Source: Pseudomonas phage 201phi2-1
DNA: 32,000 nucleotides
Direction: 5' to 3' (one strand)
Sequence record: NC_010821.1
The stretch's first letter is position 1; the number at the start of each line of letters is the position of its first letter. Below are positions 8,741 through 17,751 of this stretch, one piece after another. Made by a program: the position numbers and the translations under genes. The notes under the pieces were generated by a model, which searched no databases, was not told the DNA's origin, and saw only the letters and a program-made list of their open reading frames with translations.

Positions 8741-9040
8741 ATGCACTTTAATGTAGAACTTAAAGTTAAACTCACAGCGGAATACTGGTTCATCTACCGT
8801 ACCATTAATGGCTGGGGTTTAACCCGTAGAATGCGCAACGCCACTGATTTCGATACATTCGCCGAAGCCAAGGCGGCCGTGTTGGAGTTGGTTAAAATGG
8901 ATCGTTCAGCGTTCCGTAAGTTCATTCATAAAGAAGATGACTTTGATACCCCCGTCTCACTAACCGTCCTCAGTCATATGACTGAGGGTGCAGAGAAGCA
9001 ATCTTTCCAAAAACTATATACTTTCAACGATCAGGAGTAA
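8741..9040 (+). CDS. Hypothetical protein
   Basis: ORF 99 aa in the collinear array, upstream AAGAAGGG. Confidence 0.75.
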   Translation: MHFNVELKVKLTAEYWFIYRTINGWGLTRRMRNATDFDTFAEAKAAVLELVKMDRSAFRKFIHKEDDFDTPVSLTVLSHMTEGAEKQSFQKLYTFNDQE

Positions 9041-9044
9041 TGAG

Positions 9045-9872
9045 ATGTCTAAGCGTTATAAGAACGAGCGTTATCACGTAGCTGTTCCACATCCACAACT
9101 GAGTGCCGCTCAGTCAGTATACGCTCGAGAAACCATGAACCGCCTGTTGGCCGATGTCGATCTGGCGGACTGGTTCGGTAAAGATGACGAAGATGGTACA
9201 GTGCATTATGTGTTCCGTACCTACAAGCTCGGTAAAGTAGTTGAAGAAGCTTTACTCGCGGAATGCAGTAGGCTGACCGATGCTCATCGTGTATGGGGTC
9301 AGCGTCATTGGGTTAGGAAGCCTAGTCGTATCCATGTAGGTCTGTTTACCGACGAAGGTATCTGTGCTATTGTGGCACCCGGTGATACCTTCAAGGGGAT
9401 GATGTTCAAACAAGTCAATGGTAAAGTTACCCAAGGTTGGTTTAATCAATCAGGGAAACATTTACCATCAAGAGAACTGGGTAAGCTCGTACGGTTATGG
9501 TTCCAAGGTGAGTCTACTGCCGTATGGAACGCACAGCGTCGATTCCGCTATGAGATGGATAACCCGGAGTCCAAGCATTACGGTGATATCGAATACGCCT
9601 TGGAGAAAGCTCGTGACCTACTGGGTAATAACGCGGCCATCCATTGTGTAAACGATAAAGGTGATCTTTATACCATCTCGGCATATGGGATTGAAGCATC
9701 CAATTACTGCACCAAGTTCGATCGTGGTGAACAGTGGGTGTTTGAATATGGTGTTGTTCCAGTGGGTATCCCGCATGAGGATGTGGTTTATAGCACGGGT
9801 AAGAAATCGGTCTTTAAGCAACAGCTCTTAGTGGCGAATACTATGACTATTCTCAAACGAGTTTGTATGTAA
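9045..9872 (+). CDS. Hypothetical protein, candidate member of a local paralogous family
   Basis: ORF 8988-9872 with the likely start at 9045 (MSKRYKNERYHVAVPH...); shared WFQGESTAVWNAQRRFRY...GDLYTISAYG block. Confidence 0.8.
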   Translation: MSKRYKNERYHVAVPHPQLSAAQSVYARETMNRLLADVDLADWFGKDDEDGTVHYVFRTYKLGKVVEEALLAECSRLTDAHRVWGQRHWVRKPSRIHVGLFTDEGICAIVAPGDTFKGMMFKQVNGKVTQGWFNQSGKHLPSRELGKLVRLWFQGESTAVWNAQRRFRYEMDNPESKHYGDIEYALEKARDLLGNNAAIHCVNDKGDLYTISAYGIEASNYCTKFDRGEQWVFEYGVVPVGIPHEDVVYSTGKKSVFKQQLLVANTMTILKRVCM

Positions 9873-9881
9873 GGAGTTATA

Positions 9882-10703
9882 ATGCGTACGCCCTATGTAT
9901 TTAAGTTGGCTTCGGATGCACCTGCTCCCGAGGTAGCAAAGATCTTCAACATTATCCATTCGATGGATCGTGTTGATAAAAACGACACTCATAAAATCCA
10001 TGAGGTGCTGTATCGAGATCCTCGTGGTAAGTATCGTACTTACATCGTGCCGTTCGACGAGGAAACAGGTTGCAAGTTCCAGCAACGTTGTAATGCTGCC
10101 GGTCTAAGTGCGTGCATTGATACGGAATACGTAAGTCCACCAGATCGGCATTACGTGGATGTACAGGCGTCTGGGTTGATTAAACTGCACTGGAGTAAGA
10201 AGGATACCTTTATTAGGGTTAAACCTGATGATACGTACCGTCATGAAATCCTTGGTCCAACCTCGGAGCAGACTGGGATTTACCCAAAAGAGATTTTCTT
10301 TGTGGGTCCCATTAAGCAGATCAACAAGGCCTATCGTCGTTACCTTTCAGTGATGCGTAAGCTCCATACCAGTAATGGTTACCTCACTACGTATCAACTG
10401 GACGATATTCTCAGTGCAATCGAGACTACCGGTGAGGCTTATGGTGGTGCGATGTATATTCTGACCGAGACTGGGTTGATCGCTCAATTGACTCGCACTG
10501 GATTCCATTGGGTAATTAACCGTCCGCCAGTTAGTGAGGATCAGCGTCGTAGTCGGGTGATCCACGGGTATAACGAAACGGTCATTGGTGTCGGTAAAGC
10601 AGATTGGTACACAAACTACTTTCGTGGGCGGGTAAAGAACCTAGCGTTTTGTGAGTCTTTGCTCAAAGCGGGTGTTACTCAAGAAGCTTACCTGAAACTT
10701 TAA
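9882..10703 (+). CDS. Hypothetical protein, candidate member of a local paralogous family
   Basis: ORF 273 aa, upstream AAGGAG; IFFVGPIKQINKAYRRYLSV...GGAMYILTETGLIAQL block. Confidence 0.85.
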   Translation: MRTPYVFKLASDAPAPEVAKIFNIIHSMDRVDKNDTHKIHEVLYRDPRGKYRTYIVPFDEETGCKFQQRCNAAGLSACIDTEYVSPPDRHYVDVQASGLIKLHWSKKDTFIRVKPDDTYRHEILGPTSEQTGIYPKEIFFVGPIKQINKAYRRYLSVMRKLHTSNGYLTTYQLDDILSAIETTGEAYGGAMYILTETGLIAQLTRTGFHWVINRPPVSEDQRRSRVIHGYNETVIGVGKADWYTNYFRGRVKNLAFCESLLKAGVTQEAYLKL

Positions 10704-10710
10704 TTAATCT

Positions 10711-10728
10711 GCCTCCCTTCGGGGAGGC
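10711..10728 (+). terminator. UUCG-tetraloop hairpin GCCTCCC-TTCG-GGGAGGC
   Basis: Perfect 7-bp stem just after a stop codon; TCTATTTC follows. Confidence 0.5.
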
Positions 10729-10748
10729 TCTATTTCGAGGAGTAATAG

Positions 10749-11117
10749 ATGTCCTGTACTAATGAAATGGCTGAGATGTTGATCCACTGGTATAGCAACT
10801 TACCCGACAGTCAATTGGTATCCCCTCAGTTCCGTCGTGAAGCTCTGTGTGCCGTAACAGAGCTTACTGCTTACGATGCCATTCATCACATCGTAAGGAA
10901 TAGTCCAGAAGCTTTCCAGGTCTATGTAGGTTATCCTAGCTATCTCATTATCCGTCCTTCAGTAGGTGGATTGTTCACAACCTCGGAAATGCGCTATCAA
11001 TCCCAATTACCAGAGGGCGGTTATTCGCAACTACATTCGGTGGGGACCAATACAGCATTCGATGCGATGATCAACCTCAAGCAGCGTTATGAGTGGGAGA
11101 TGGCTAATGGACAATAA
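10749..11117 (+). CDS. Hypothetical protein
   Basis: ORF 122 aa, upstream CGAGGAG. Confidence 0.75.
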   Translation: MSCTNEMAEMLIHWYSNLPDSQLVSPQFRREALCAVTELTAYDAIHHIVRNSPEAFQVYVGYPSYLIIRPSVGGLFTTSEMRYQSQLPEGGYSQLHSVGTNTAFDAMINLKQRYEWEMANGQ

Positions 11118-11391
11118 ACCTGTCAACGGGATTTACAAGACTCGACCTAACTGGTACAAACAAACCGGTTGGCCTGAGGATCGTCATGTCTTCATTCAAG
11201 GCGATTCAGTTTGTCTTGTAGATTACATCGCTTACGGTGAGGAGTCTTATCATCGTGAGATCTACAGTTACCATAGTTTCTTCGAGGCGAATGAACTTGG
11301 TGAACGTGTAGGTCCATTACCTGAAGGTGATTTCAGTATCTGGACTTATCAAGGTCCACCCAAGGAGGAAGGGAAATGTCTTACGCCCTGA
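11107..11391 (+). CDS. Hypothetical protein
   Basis: ORF 11089-11391 with the likely ATG at 11107 (MDNKPVNGIYKTR...). Confidence 0.7.
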   Translation: MDNKPVNGIYKTRPNWYKQTGWPEDRHVFIQGDSVCLVDYIAYGEESYHREIYSYHSFFEANELGERVGPLPEGDFSIWTYQGPPKEEGKCLTP

Positions 11392-11564
11392 TTGGTTTCC
11401 TAATGACACTCAGTTTGATCTTGCTGATCGGATGGGTCGGTATGGGTTTCAAATCGAAGGTCGATCGAGTAGTCCATACCCGTGTTGGTTTTGCACTACT
11501 GTTTTCAGTAGCCATTACGGTTTACGCTAACCTTATTACCCTGAGCGTGGAGTTAGCCAAATGA
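11376..11564 (+). CDS. Small membrane protein
   Basis: ORF 62 aa with two hydrophobic segments, AGGAGG upstream, ATGA overlap downstream. Confidence 0.7.
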   Translation: MSYALIGFLMTLSLILLIGWVGMGFKSKVDRVVHTRVGFALLFSVAITVYANLITLSVELAK

Positions 11565-11998
11565 GTTTCTTTGTGTGTAAACGTGATGACATTATCCACT
11601 TCGGTGGAATGCAGTCCGTCATGATGGATTGGGAACACGTACCTACATTCGGTACGTTCAGCGTGGTCATGAATGATTGCCGTTTGATGTCACCTGACGA
11701 TATCTGGGTATGGGTCGGTAGCTCAGTTATCACCGGCTACATTAAAGGTCGGTTTGTTAATACCGGTCTATGGACCGAACAGGAAATCTGTCGACTGTCG
11801 TATGACAACAAAGCCTTGATCATTATTCGTGAAGGTAAAAATTACTTCATTTATAAAAACGGACACAAGGAATTCCGTACAGAGGTATCCGACGGTAGTT
11901 TGATGTATACCCATGGTTGTGTTGAAGGTCAGGTACTCGATGCCATTGATCGTGACATAATGCCAACGCGTTGGGTCATCGACAAACGTAAGGTATAA
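11561..11998 (+). CDS. Hypothetical protein
   Basis: ORF 145 aa, ATGA-coupled. Confidence 0.8.
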   Translation: MSFFVCKRDDIIHFGGMQSVMMDWEHVPTFGTFSVVMNDCRLMSPDDIWVWVGSSVITGYIKGRFVNTGLWTEQEICRLSYDNKALIIIREGKNYFIYKNGHKEFRTEVSDGSLMYTHGCVEGQVLDAIDRDIMPTRWVIDKRKV

Positions 11999-12033
11999 CA
12001 ATACCCTGCTAACCCATTTGATAGGAGCTTGAT

Positions 12034-12321
12034 ATGTCCAAAAGTAAACTTGAAGCAATCGTGGATTTCATCATCTCTAAACAGGACGAGTTTAAAGATA
12101 CTCCACTCAATACCGAACGTGTATTGTATCCAGAAGACTTCCTCGTGGATAATGTCTCGGCTCTTTACGTACGATCCGTTTCAGAAGAGAAATCGAACAT
12201 CTACGATGGTGTCTGGAACGGGTTGTATTGGATGGCCCGTGAAATCAATAACTATCGTATCAACGTCGCTAATGACTGTGACCGTATCAACTTAATGATC
12301 GAGGGGCTTAATGAGCGATAA
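12034..12321 (+). CDS. Hypothetical protein
   Basis: ORF 95 aa with ATAGGAG upstream. Confidence 0.75.
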   Translation: MSKSKLEAIVDFIISKQDEFKDTPLNTERVLYPEDFLVDNVSALYVRSVSEEKSNIYDGVWNGLYWMAREINNYRINVANDCDRINLMIEGLNER

Positions 12322-12550
12322 ATCCATTCCGCCGACGCAAACGTATTTTGACGTAGACCGTAGTGGGTACTGTTACCTACTTAAGGTTAAGTTCTCCTTT
12401 AACAAGAAAGGGGAACTCGTGGAAACCATCATGAAGGTTACTCATCTGGGTAAACTGTCTCATCTGGACTATGTACTTGACTACAGTTCCTATGTGGTAT
12501 GGCCACGCGCTTTCGAATCTAACGATATCAAACAACTGGGAGTTAATTAA
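12311..12550 (+). CDS. Hypothetical protein
   Basis: ORF 79 aa overlapping the upstream gene, TAATG to the next. Confidence 0.75.
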   Translation: MSDKSIPPTQTYFDVDRSGYCYLLKVKFSFNKKGELVETIMKVTHLGKLSHLDYVLDYSSYVVWPRAFESNDIKQLGVN

Positions 12551-13446
12551 TGTCTAAGTCTAAACGTCACAACACCGTAAGTTTGTCGATCCACTACAAA
12601 AACGCCAACGATCGTACTGCTTTTGAAAACGAACTCAACCTCGTTCAAGACCTCAGTACGTTGATGACTGCATCGGCGAAGTTGCATAACCACGCTGCTG
12701 ATCCTTTGGTGCGACCGCAGGCTTACGTAAAAGACGTTGACGATTACTATGGCTCGATCACTCTTCAGTTCCCATTGAAGGCCAAGTGGTACAGTGAAGA
12801 AAACGACATGCGTTGCTACAGCCATGTTGGACTGTATAACCTTTTGAAGTTGATCTCAGATGTATGCTCGACGCACTCGGTCAACTTTGAAGAGTTCCGT
12901 ACTCATCTGGATCTGGGCGGGATGAAAGCCCCATGGGTTCTGCCTGTTGAGGGGATGGGTGTTATTCTTCGTGAAGGTTCTCGACAGATGACTCTCACTG
13001 GCGATGTATTGCCACGTGCGGTAAGACTGGGCGTTGCTGAATATGAGGTTGAACAGTTGATCGTGGTGGGTGAACCTCGTGCAGTTGAAGACTTCAGTCG
13101 GGCATGGGGTCACGTAGCCGATAAATACCGTCGTGTGATGCAGAAGTATCCCACGCATCAGTATCACGGTCGTGGTCCGCTGATGGACGTAAGTACCATG
13201 AAGTACTCGTGGGGTAACCATAACTGGCAAAACGTTGGTGTGTTCGCATTGGTCAAACGTCCTGAGTTTGAACCGACTTGGGTAACTTTGGGCGAGATGC
13301 ATAACTCGTCGGTGCTGAAGAACATTATTGATATCGGTAATCACATGTTGAATACCCCACTTCAGTTCTCTAACACGGAACCCTCGATTCGTAATAACAT
13401 CTTCCTTTCGGACCATGCATATTACAGCTTTGAGTCGGTAGTCTAA
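12550..13446 (+). CDS. Hypothetical protein, candidate paralogous family member
   Basis: ORF 298 aa; LIVVGEPRAVEDFSRAWGHVADKYRR block. Confidence 0.85.
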   Translation: MSKSKRHNTVSLSIHYKNANDRTAFENELNLVQDLSTLMTASAKLHNHAADPLVRPQAYVKDVDDYYGSITLQFPLKAKWYSEENDMRCYSHVGLYNLLKLISDVCSTHSVNFEEFRTHLDLGGMKAPWVLPVEGMGVILREGSRQMTLTGDVLPRAVRLGVAEYEVEQLIVVGEPRAVEDFSRAWGHVADKYRRVMQKYPTHQYHGRGPLMDVSTMKYSWGNHNWQNVGVFALVKRPEFEPTWVTLGEMHNSSVLKNIIDIGNHMLNTPLQFSNTEPSIRNNIFLSDHAYYSFESVV

Positions 13447-13458
13447 ACGGCATAAGCT

Positions 13459-13478
13459 GGGGTTGCTAATACAACCCC
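13459..13478 (+). terminator. Hairpin GGGGTTG-CTAATA-CAACCCC followed by TTTC
   Basis: Perfect 7-bp inverted repeat in an intergenic gap. Confidence 0.45.
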
Positions 13479-13523
13479 TTTCAAATTTATATCACTTTAA
13501 TGATAAACCACAGGAACTCTACA

Positions 13524-14408
13524 ATGTCGAAGAATAAAACCTTTCATAGTGTCACCTACACTTTTGAAAACGATGACCATCCAATCGTGATCGAATGGTT
13601 TGGTAAGAAAATGCTCGAGTTACAGCAGATCGTAAAAGTACATCTTGCTGATAACACTATTCGTCAAGATAAATTCAAGGTCGAATTTTTCGGCAACGGG
13701 ACCATGGTGAAGCTTACCTTCATCACTAACTTTCTGGGTGATGAGCAACTCTACACCAGCTTGATGGGTTACGTGAACCATCTGATTGGCGTGGCATCGC
13801 AGTACGTGGAAATCAAAACTTACTTTGAGTGTAATGACACTCGTCGTAATCGGTTTGCTCTGTTCAACGACTTCGGTTTGATGATCAAGCGTAATGCCCC
13901 ACTGGAAGTTCGCAGTGTCGGTAACGTAGCATATAACATCGGTAATGACGTTAATGGCGTGTGGGTCGCCGGTGAACCAAATCTGGTGCGTAAGGTAGTG
14001 GGTCGCATTCGCTACCTGTTGCGCAGTGGTAACAAAAACGTCAGGTTCGGCTATGATAAATTTATCAAAGAGGTAAAGCTATTTCTTGGTAAAGACGCTG
14101 CCGTTTATGTAACACGTGAGGGTGCCGGTTGGGGTGAAGTAATTCATGACGATGGCTACTCTGCCGCTAGTTGGCAAGATCCATTCCTGAGCGGTTACGT
14201 GGAACTGATCGAGGCCGGTAAAGCACCGGATGTATTTGATCTGGTGGGCGCCAAAGACAACTACTTCGATTTCCCTGCTTTCATGGCGGTGATCTTGGAG
14301 CGTGTTGAACAACTGCGTCAAGAAAAACCCCGTCAAGGTGGCTGGGTAAATATCCCAAATGAATTCATTCAATCTGTACTGAAGGAGATTACTGATGTCG
14401 AGTCGTGA
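13524..14408 (+). CDS. Hypothetical protein, candidate paralogous family member
   Basis: ORF 13500-14408 with the likely start at 13524; VWVAGEPNLVRKVVGRIRYLL block. Confidence 0.85.
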   Translation: MSKNKTFHSVTYTFENDDHPIVIEWFGKKMLELQQIVKVHLADNTIRQDKFKVEFFGNGTMVKLTFITNFLGDEQLYTSLMGYVNHLIGVASQYVEIKTYFECNDTRRNRFALFNDFGLMIKRNAPLEVRSVGNVAYNIGNDVNGVWVAGEPNLVRKVVGRIRYLLRSGNKNVRFGYDKFIKEVKLFLGKDAAVYVTREGAGWGEVIHDDGYSAASWQDPFLSGYVELIEAGKAPDVFDLVGAKDNYFDFPAFMAVILERVEQLRQEKPRQGGWVNIPNEFIQSVLKEITDVES

Positions 14409-15213
14409 TTCTCACCGCGTTAAAGTAGTAATTGGTTGGACCCTACCTAAGGATAATGAACTCAGTGTTATCGCTGATCATTCTTTGGTAAATGATCTTC
14501 GGGTTCTACAGAAACGTGTCGACGGACACTACATGGCAGGTAGTGTGATAAAGACTGTTCAACGTGACGGCGATTCGGTAGTGCATACTTTCCGTCTACG
14601 TCATAAAGGTTATTCGCGCCATACGCGTAAGACCAGCTGGACCCAGTTGTTACTGTTTGTTGCACAGGTCAAGAAATTGTCTGCCAGTATCCCAGCAACT
14701 ATGAATCCAGTATTCGATCTGGATATGGAACAAAACCACATGCCGTGGGTATTCCATACTGGGTTCAACACAGATGGTCGCACTAACCTTTTCCTGAGGC
14801 CTGAGGCTATTCGCAGCGTTGTTCAACTGAACCGGAAAATTCGTATTTCTAATCCAGAAAATGTTTTCGCTAACCTGATGGATCATGGCGATCGGAAAAC
14901 TTATGCTATGTCTGATCAGTTTATGTTGTTTGGTCGTGAGCGCGCGGTTGAGAAATACGAGCGTTCGCTACGAGCAATCGAACAGGCAGGTCCAAACAAG
15001 AATATCATTGATCCCTATATCCGTGCATCGGGTCAATACGGGTATCCATTAGAAGATCAACTGTTGGTACTGTATCGCGATTCAGCCGGGCAATGGGTTA
15101 ATATCCCAGGTACTGGCTTTGAGGTCACTGATGGTGAGTTCACCCGTGAAGCTCTGACCAGCCAAAGAGATACTATCTTCGGTCTCAATTACGAACCACG
15201 CTTTGTTAACTAA
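14395..15213 (+). CDS. Hypothetical protein, candidate paralogous family member
   Basis: ORF 272 aa overlapping the upstream gene end, upstream AAGGAG; FMLFGRERAVEKYERSLRAIE block. Confidence 0.85.
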   Translation: MSSRDSHRVKVVIGWTLPKDNELSVIADHSLVNDLRVLQKRVDGHYMAGSVIKTVQRDGDSVVHTFRLRHKGYSRHTRKTSWTQLLLFVAQVKKLSASIPATMNPVFDLDMEQNHMPWVFHTGFNTDGRTNLFLRPEAIRSVVQLNRKIRISNPENVFANLMDHGDRKTYAMSDQFMLFGRERAVEKYERSLRAIEQAGPNKNIIDPYIRASGQYGYPLEDQLLVLYRDSAGQWVNIPGTGFEVTDGEFTREALTSQRDTIFGLNYEPRFVN

Positions 15214-15220
15214 CCTAACC

Positions 15221-15238
15221 GGGGTAGTTCGCTACCCC
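15221..15238 (+). terminator. UUCG-tetraloop hairpin GGGGTAG-TTCG-CTACCCC
   Basis: Perfect 7-bp stem just after a stop codon; no U-tract. Confidence 0.45.
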
Positions 15239-15271
15239 ATAACACAATCTTACCTAAAGGACTAATAATAA

Positions 15272-15940
15272 ATGCCGATCGCTCGCACACCTGAGCACAC
15301 TGCAATGCGTAAATTGCTGATGCGCTATATGGCGGAGTATACAAATAACTCTTCAGCTCCAGCAAACATCCGGGGTGGTTTCTTTGCAATTCATATCACC
15401 GACACTAACATGGTGTGGGTGAACGAAACAGGTAGCTTTGCCAGCACACTCCAACGCTGGAAGAATAAAGGTACTTTCGCCGATTGCGTAGGACAAGCTA
15501 TTAAACGTGGTGCTAAACTGGAACTTTGGTTCTTGACACAGCCACAGCGGTTCTGCGTGAACGAATTAAAAGAAGAACTCAGCGAATTGAATAAAATAGC
15601 TGAACGAAAAGAACGCGTTATGTCTGGTCCTGGTAAACTCTACAGTATCCGACATGCTGGCTCAATGGACTTCTTCCTTTTAGCCGATCGTATCAACACC
15701 GCACCAACTTCACTGCTGTCTAACTTTGTTACCCGTCTGCAAACCATGCGCGGTGACAATCGTAATCAATTGTTGGACCAGTTTGTTAGTGAGCAGACCT
15801 CTGACATCATTAAAGGTACCGGTTTCGATATTACTCATATTGATGACTTCGATAGCTGTGAGGACCTCTGGCTGAAACGTCAGGTCTATATCGATGACAA
15901 CAAATTCGGTCGCAATCTGAACTGGCACAACGTGGACTGA
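15272..15940 (+). CDS. Hypothetical protein
   Basis: ORF 222 aa in the collinear array. Confidence 0.85.
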   Translation: MPIARTPEHTAMRKLLMRYMAEYTNNSSAPANIRGGFFAIHITDTNMVWVNETGSFASTLQRWKNKGTFADCVGQAIKRGAKLELWFLTQPQRFCVNELKEELSELNKIAERKERVMSGPGKLYSIRHAGSMDFFLLADRINTAPTSLLSNFVTRLQTMRGDNRNQLLDQFVSEQTSDIIKGTGFDITHIDDFDSCEDLWLKRQVYIDDNKFGRNLNWHNVD

Positions 15941-15971
15941 TCCACTCAATCTTTCTATTAGGTTTACTGCA

Positions 15972-16652
15972 ATGACTTCTAAAATCGTAACCTTTCCAGA
16001 CGTACCAATGACCATGGTCATTAAGCGTCTTACCGATTACACCGTGCAACACTATTCCGGCTTGGATGACATTCCACATCTCTGTGTGAAAGTCCGCCAT
16101 CATAATGGCTTCGCGTGGTTTGGTATCAGCATCATTCCAACGGGTAATTATCCTAACGGGTTCCCTGCACCATGGCCGGCTCAGTTGGTACGTAATGTCA
16201 AGACCCAGTTCCTTCAGGCGATGGCTCAGGTTATCGATCTGGCTGAAATGGATTCTGACGTGGATCTGTTGATGCGTAGTATCCAAGACATCTGCGCCAA
16301 GCGTAAACGTCCTGTGATGTTCGGTACTGGCGGTAATGAGTTCATCCAGATCTCGTCTACCAACAACGTTCAGATCGAGCTGTATCGCGATGAGGTGAAG
16401 CCAGAGTCGTCGACTTACGGTGGTTATTTCTTCGTGGTGGAATATGACGGTCAAACCTTTCCGGGGTTGCTGTACCATCGTGGGATCATTGCATACAACT
16501 ATATCACCAAAGAAGCCGCTCATGGTTTGATCCGTGAAGAACTCCAAGCTAAGTTCCCTGAGTTCTTCAATGACCCATCGAAGTTGGTGATCCCTTTCGG
16601 TGAAATCATGCAGTTACCACGTAACCGTAACAAGTGGGCTAAGGTGCGATGA
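15972..16652 (+). CDS. Hypothetical protein
   Basis: ORF 226 aa, overlaps the next gene by 4 nt. Confidence 0.8.
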   Translation: MTSKIVTFPDVPMTMVIKRLTDYTVQHYSGLDDIPHLCVKVRHHNGFAWFGISIIPTGNYPNGFPAPWPAQLVRNVKTQFLQAMAQVIDLAEMDSDVDLLMRSIQDICAKRKRPVMFGTGGNEFIQISSTNNVQIELYRDEVKPESSTYGGYFFVVEYDGQTFPGLLYHRGIIAYNYITKEAAHGLIREELQAKFPEFFNDPSKLVIPFGEIMQLPRNRNKWAKVR

Positions 16653-17026
16653 AAACACAGACGCTAGTTATTGACCTGATTCGTAACTGGCTTCCGAACG
16701 CTACCACTGGTTTGTGGGCGAAGCACTCGATGGAGGGCTTCGATATCATCACAGTTCTGACTGAACCCGAGTACCCTGGATTGGAAAAGATTCAGGGGAA
16801 AGTCATTTGGGCAGAAGACGGTGTAATTGATGACAAGGCTAATGCTGAACGCAATCTGCTGATTCATCAGGTAGCCCGTAAGTTCGCCAAAGCCACTGAA
16901 ACGGTGCTCATTGGCGTCAGGCATGTTGATCGTATTACATACCTCGACTTCAAAGGTGAGTCTATCAAAAACGTTGAAGGGTTCGACTGGGTGGATGTCG
17001 TTCTAGAAAAAGAAATCATCGTTTAG
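16649..17026 (+). CDS. Hypothetical protein
   Basis: ATGA overlap; ORF 125 aa. Confidence 0.75.
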   Translation: MKTQTLVIDLIRNWLPNATTGLWAKHSMEGFDIITVLTEPEYPGLEKIQGKVIWAEDGVIDDKANAERNLLIHQVARKFAKATETVLIGVRHVDRITYLDFKGESIKNVEGFDWVDVVLEKEIIV

Positions 17027-17040
17027 TAAAAGAATACTCA

Positions 17041-17525
17041 GTGTGTAATATTATAGGAGTGAATGCTCCTAGCCCGTGATAAAAGCCTCGTAAAAGTGTT
17101 GCTTTCATTTCCCACCCCATCACGGGTTCCCCCTATTCAGGATCACTGCTCTGGTAGTGAACCAAATGAACAAGGGTGTTCGCAGGGGTTATCTCTCTAA
17201 CCAGGGTCCCCGTCACCATAAGCAGTAGGTTAGATGCCCTGCTCGAACACCCGCCTAAGCATAATGAACTTTCGGAATAATTCGCCCGTCCCCAAATAAG
17301 GTGGGATGGTTAGTTGGAGATGACCAGTCTCCTAAACCGAAGCACTGATCACTAGGGTGGTACCTATTCGATACAGTGAAGTTACTCGATCATATCGGTG
17401 TTACACCCCCGATCGAAGTGGCGACTGACAAAGTGATACTTCCTACTAAATGGGTTGTTCAGCTGGCCAGCACACATGCGTCAGATTAAACCTCAAGCCC
17501 CCACCCTCGTAGGTGGGGGCTTTAT
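17041..17525 (+). ncRNA. Candidate structured noncoding RNA of unknown class, terminating in a strong intrinsic terminator
   Basis: About 0.5 kb without a plausible + strand gene; perfect helices include GGGTGTTCG (17174-17182)/CGAACACCC (17244-17252) and CCCGTGAT (17073-17080)/ATCACGGG (17119-17126), plus several local hairpins. Confidence 0.55.
17495..17525 (+). terminator. Strong Rho-independent terminator AAGCCCCCACC-CTCGTA-GGTGGGGGCTT TATT
   Basis: About 11-bp GC-rich stem followed by a T-rich tail, placed before the 17545 gene. Confidence 0.85.
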
Positions 17526-17544
17526 TCCGTCTCAAGGAGAAACT

Positions 17545-17742
17545 ATGAGTTTGTACGATCAGTTGTTTAAGCTGTATATTACGGTGAAAGATCCGAAGGT
17601 TGTCCGGTATCGTCGACATCCATGTCAACTGCGTATTGTCGGCAAGGCCCGGCATATGTGGGGTAACGAAAGTAAACTCGATCCCGGTTCTCAAAGCACT
17701 GAAACGATTGAAAAACTCATCGCCCGTTATTACATCGATTAA
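17545..17742 (+). CDS. Hypothetical protein (MSLYDQLFKLYITVKDPK...)
   Basis: Track ORF begins at 17455 inside the ncRNA/terminator region; the ATG at 17545 after AAGGAG is the plausible start. Confidence 0.75.
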   Translation: MSLYDQLFKLYITVKDPKVVRYRRHPCQLRIVGKARHMWGNESKLDPGSQSTETIEKLIARYYID

Positions 17743-17751
17743 GGAGTTCTT

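Noticed and set aside
11327-11530. + strand ORF of 67 aa overlapping 11376-11564
   Set aside because: The 11376 frame has AGGAGG upstream, an ATGA junction with 11561 and plausible membrane segments; this frame has none of these.
15831-16547. Minus-strand ORF of 238 aa
   Set aside because: Almost completely antisense to the + gene 15972-16652, which fits the operon spacing and stop-start overlap; no independent support.
17174-17252. Possible tRNA in the structured interval
   Set aside because: The 9-bp closing stem is too long for an acceptor stem, there is no T-loop TTCRANN and no CCA end; anticodon-like loops (e.g. TGACCAG at 17321-17327) lack U33.
17575-17582. A third exact TATATTAC on +
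   Set aside because: Falls inside the coding sequence of 17545-17742 shortly after its start (codons for YIT); may be chance, so not called a promoter.
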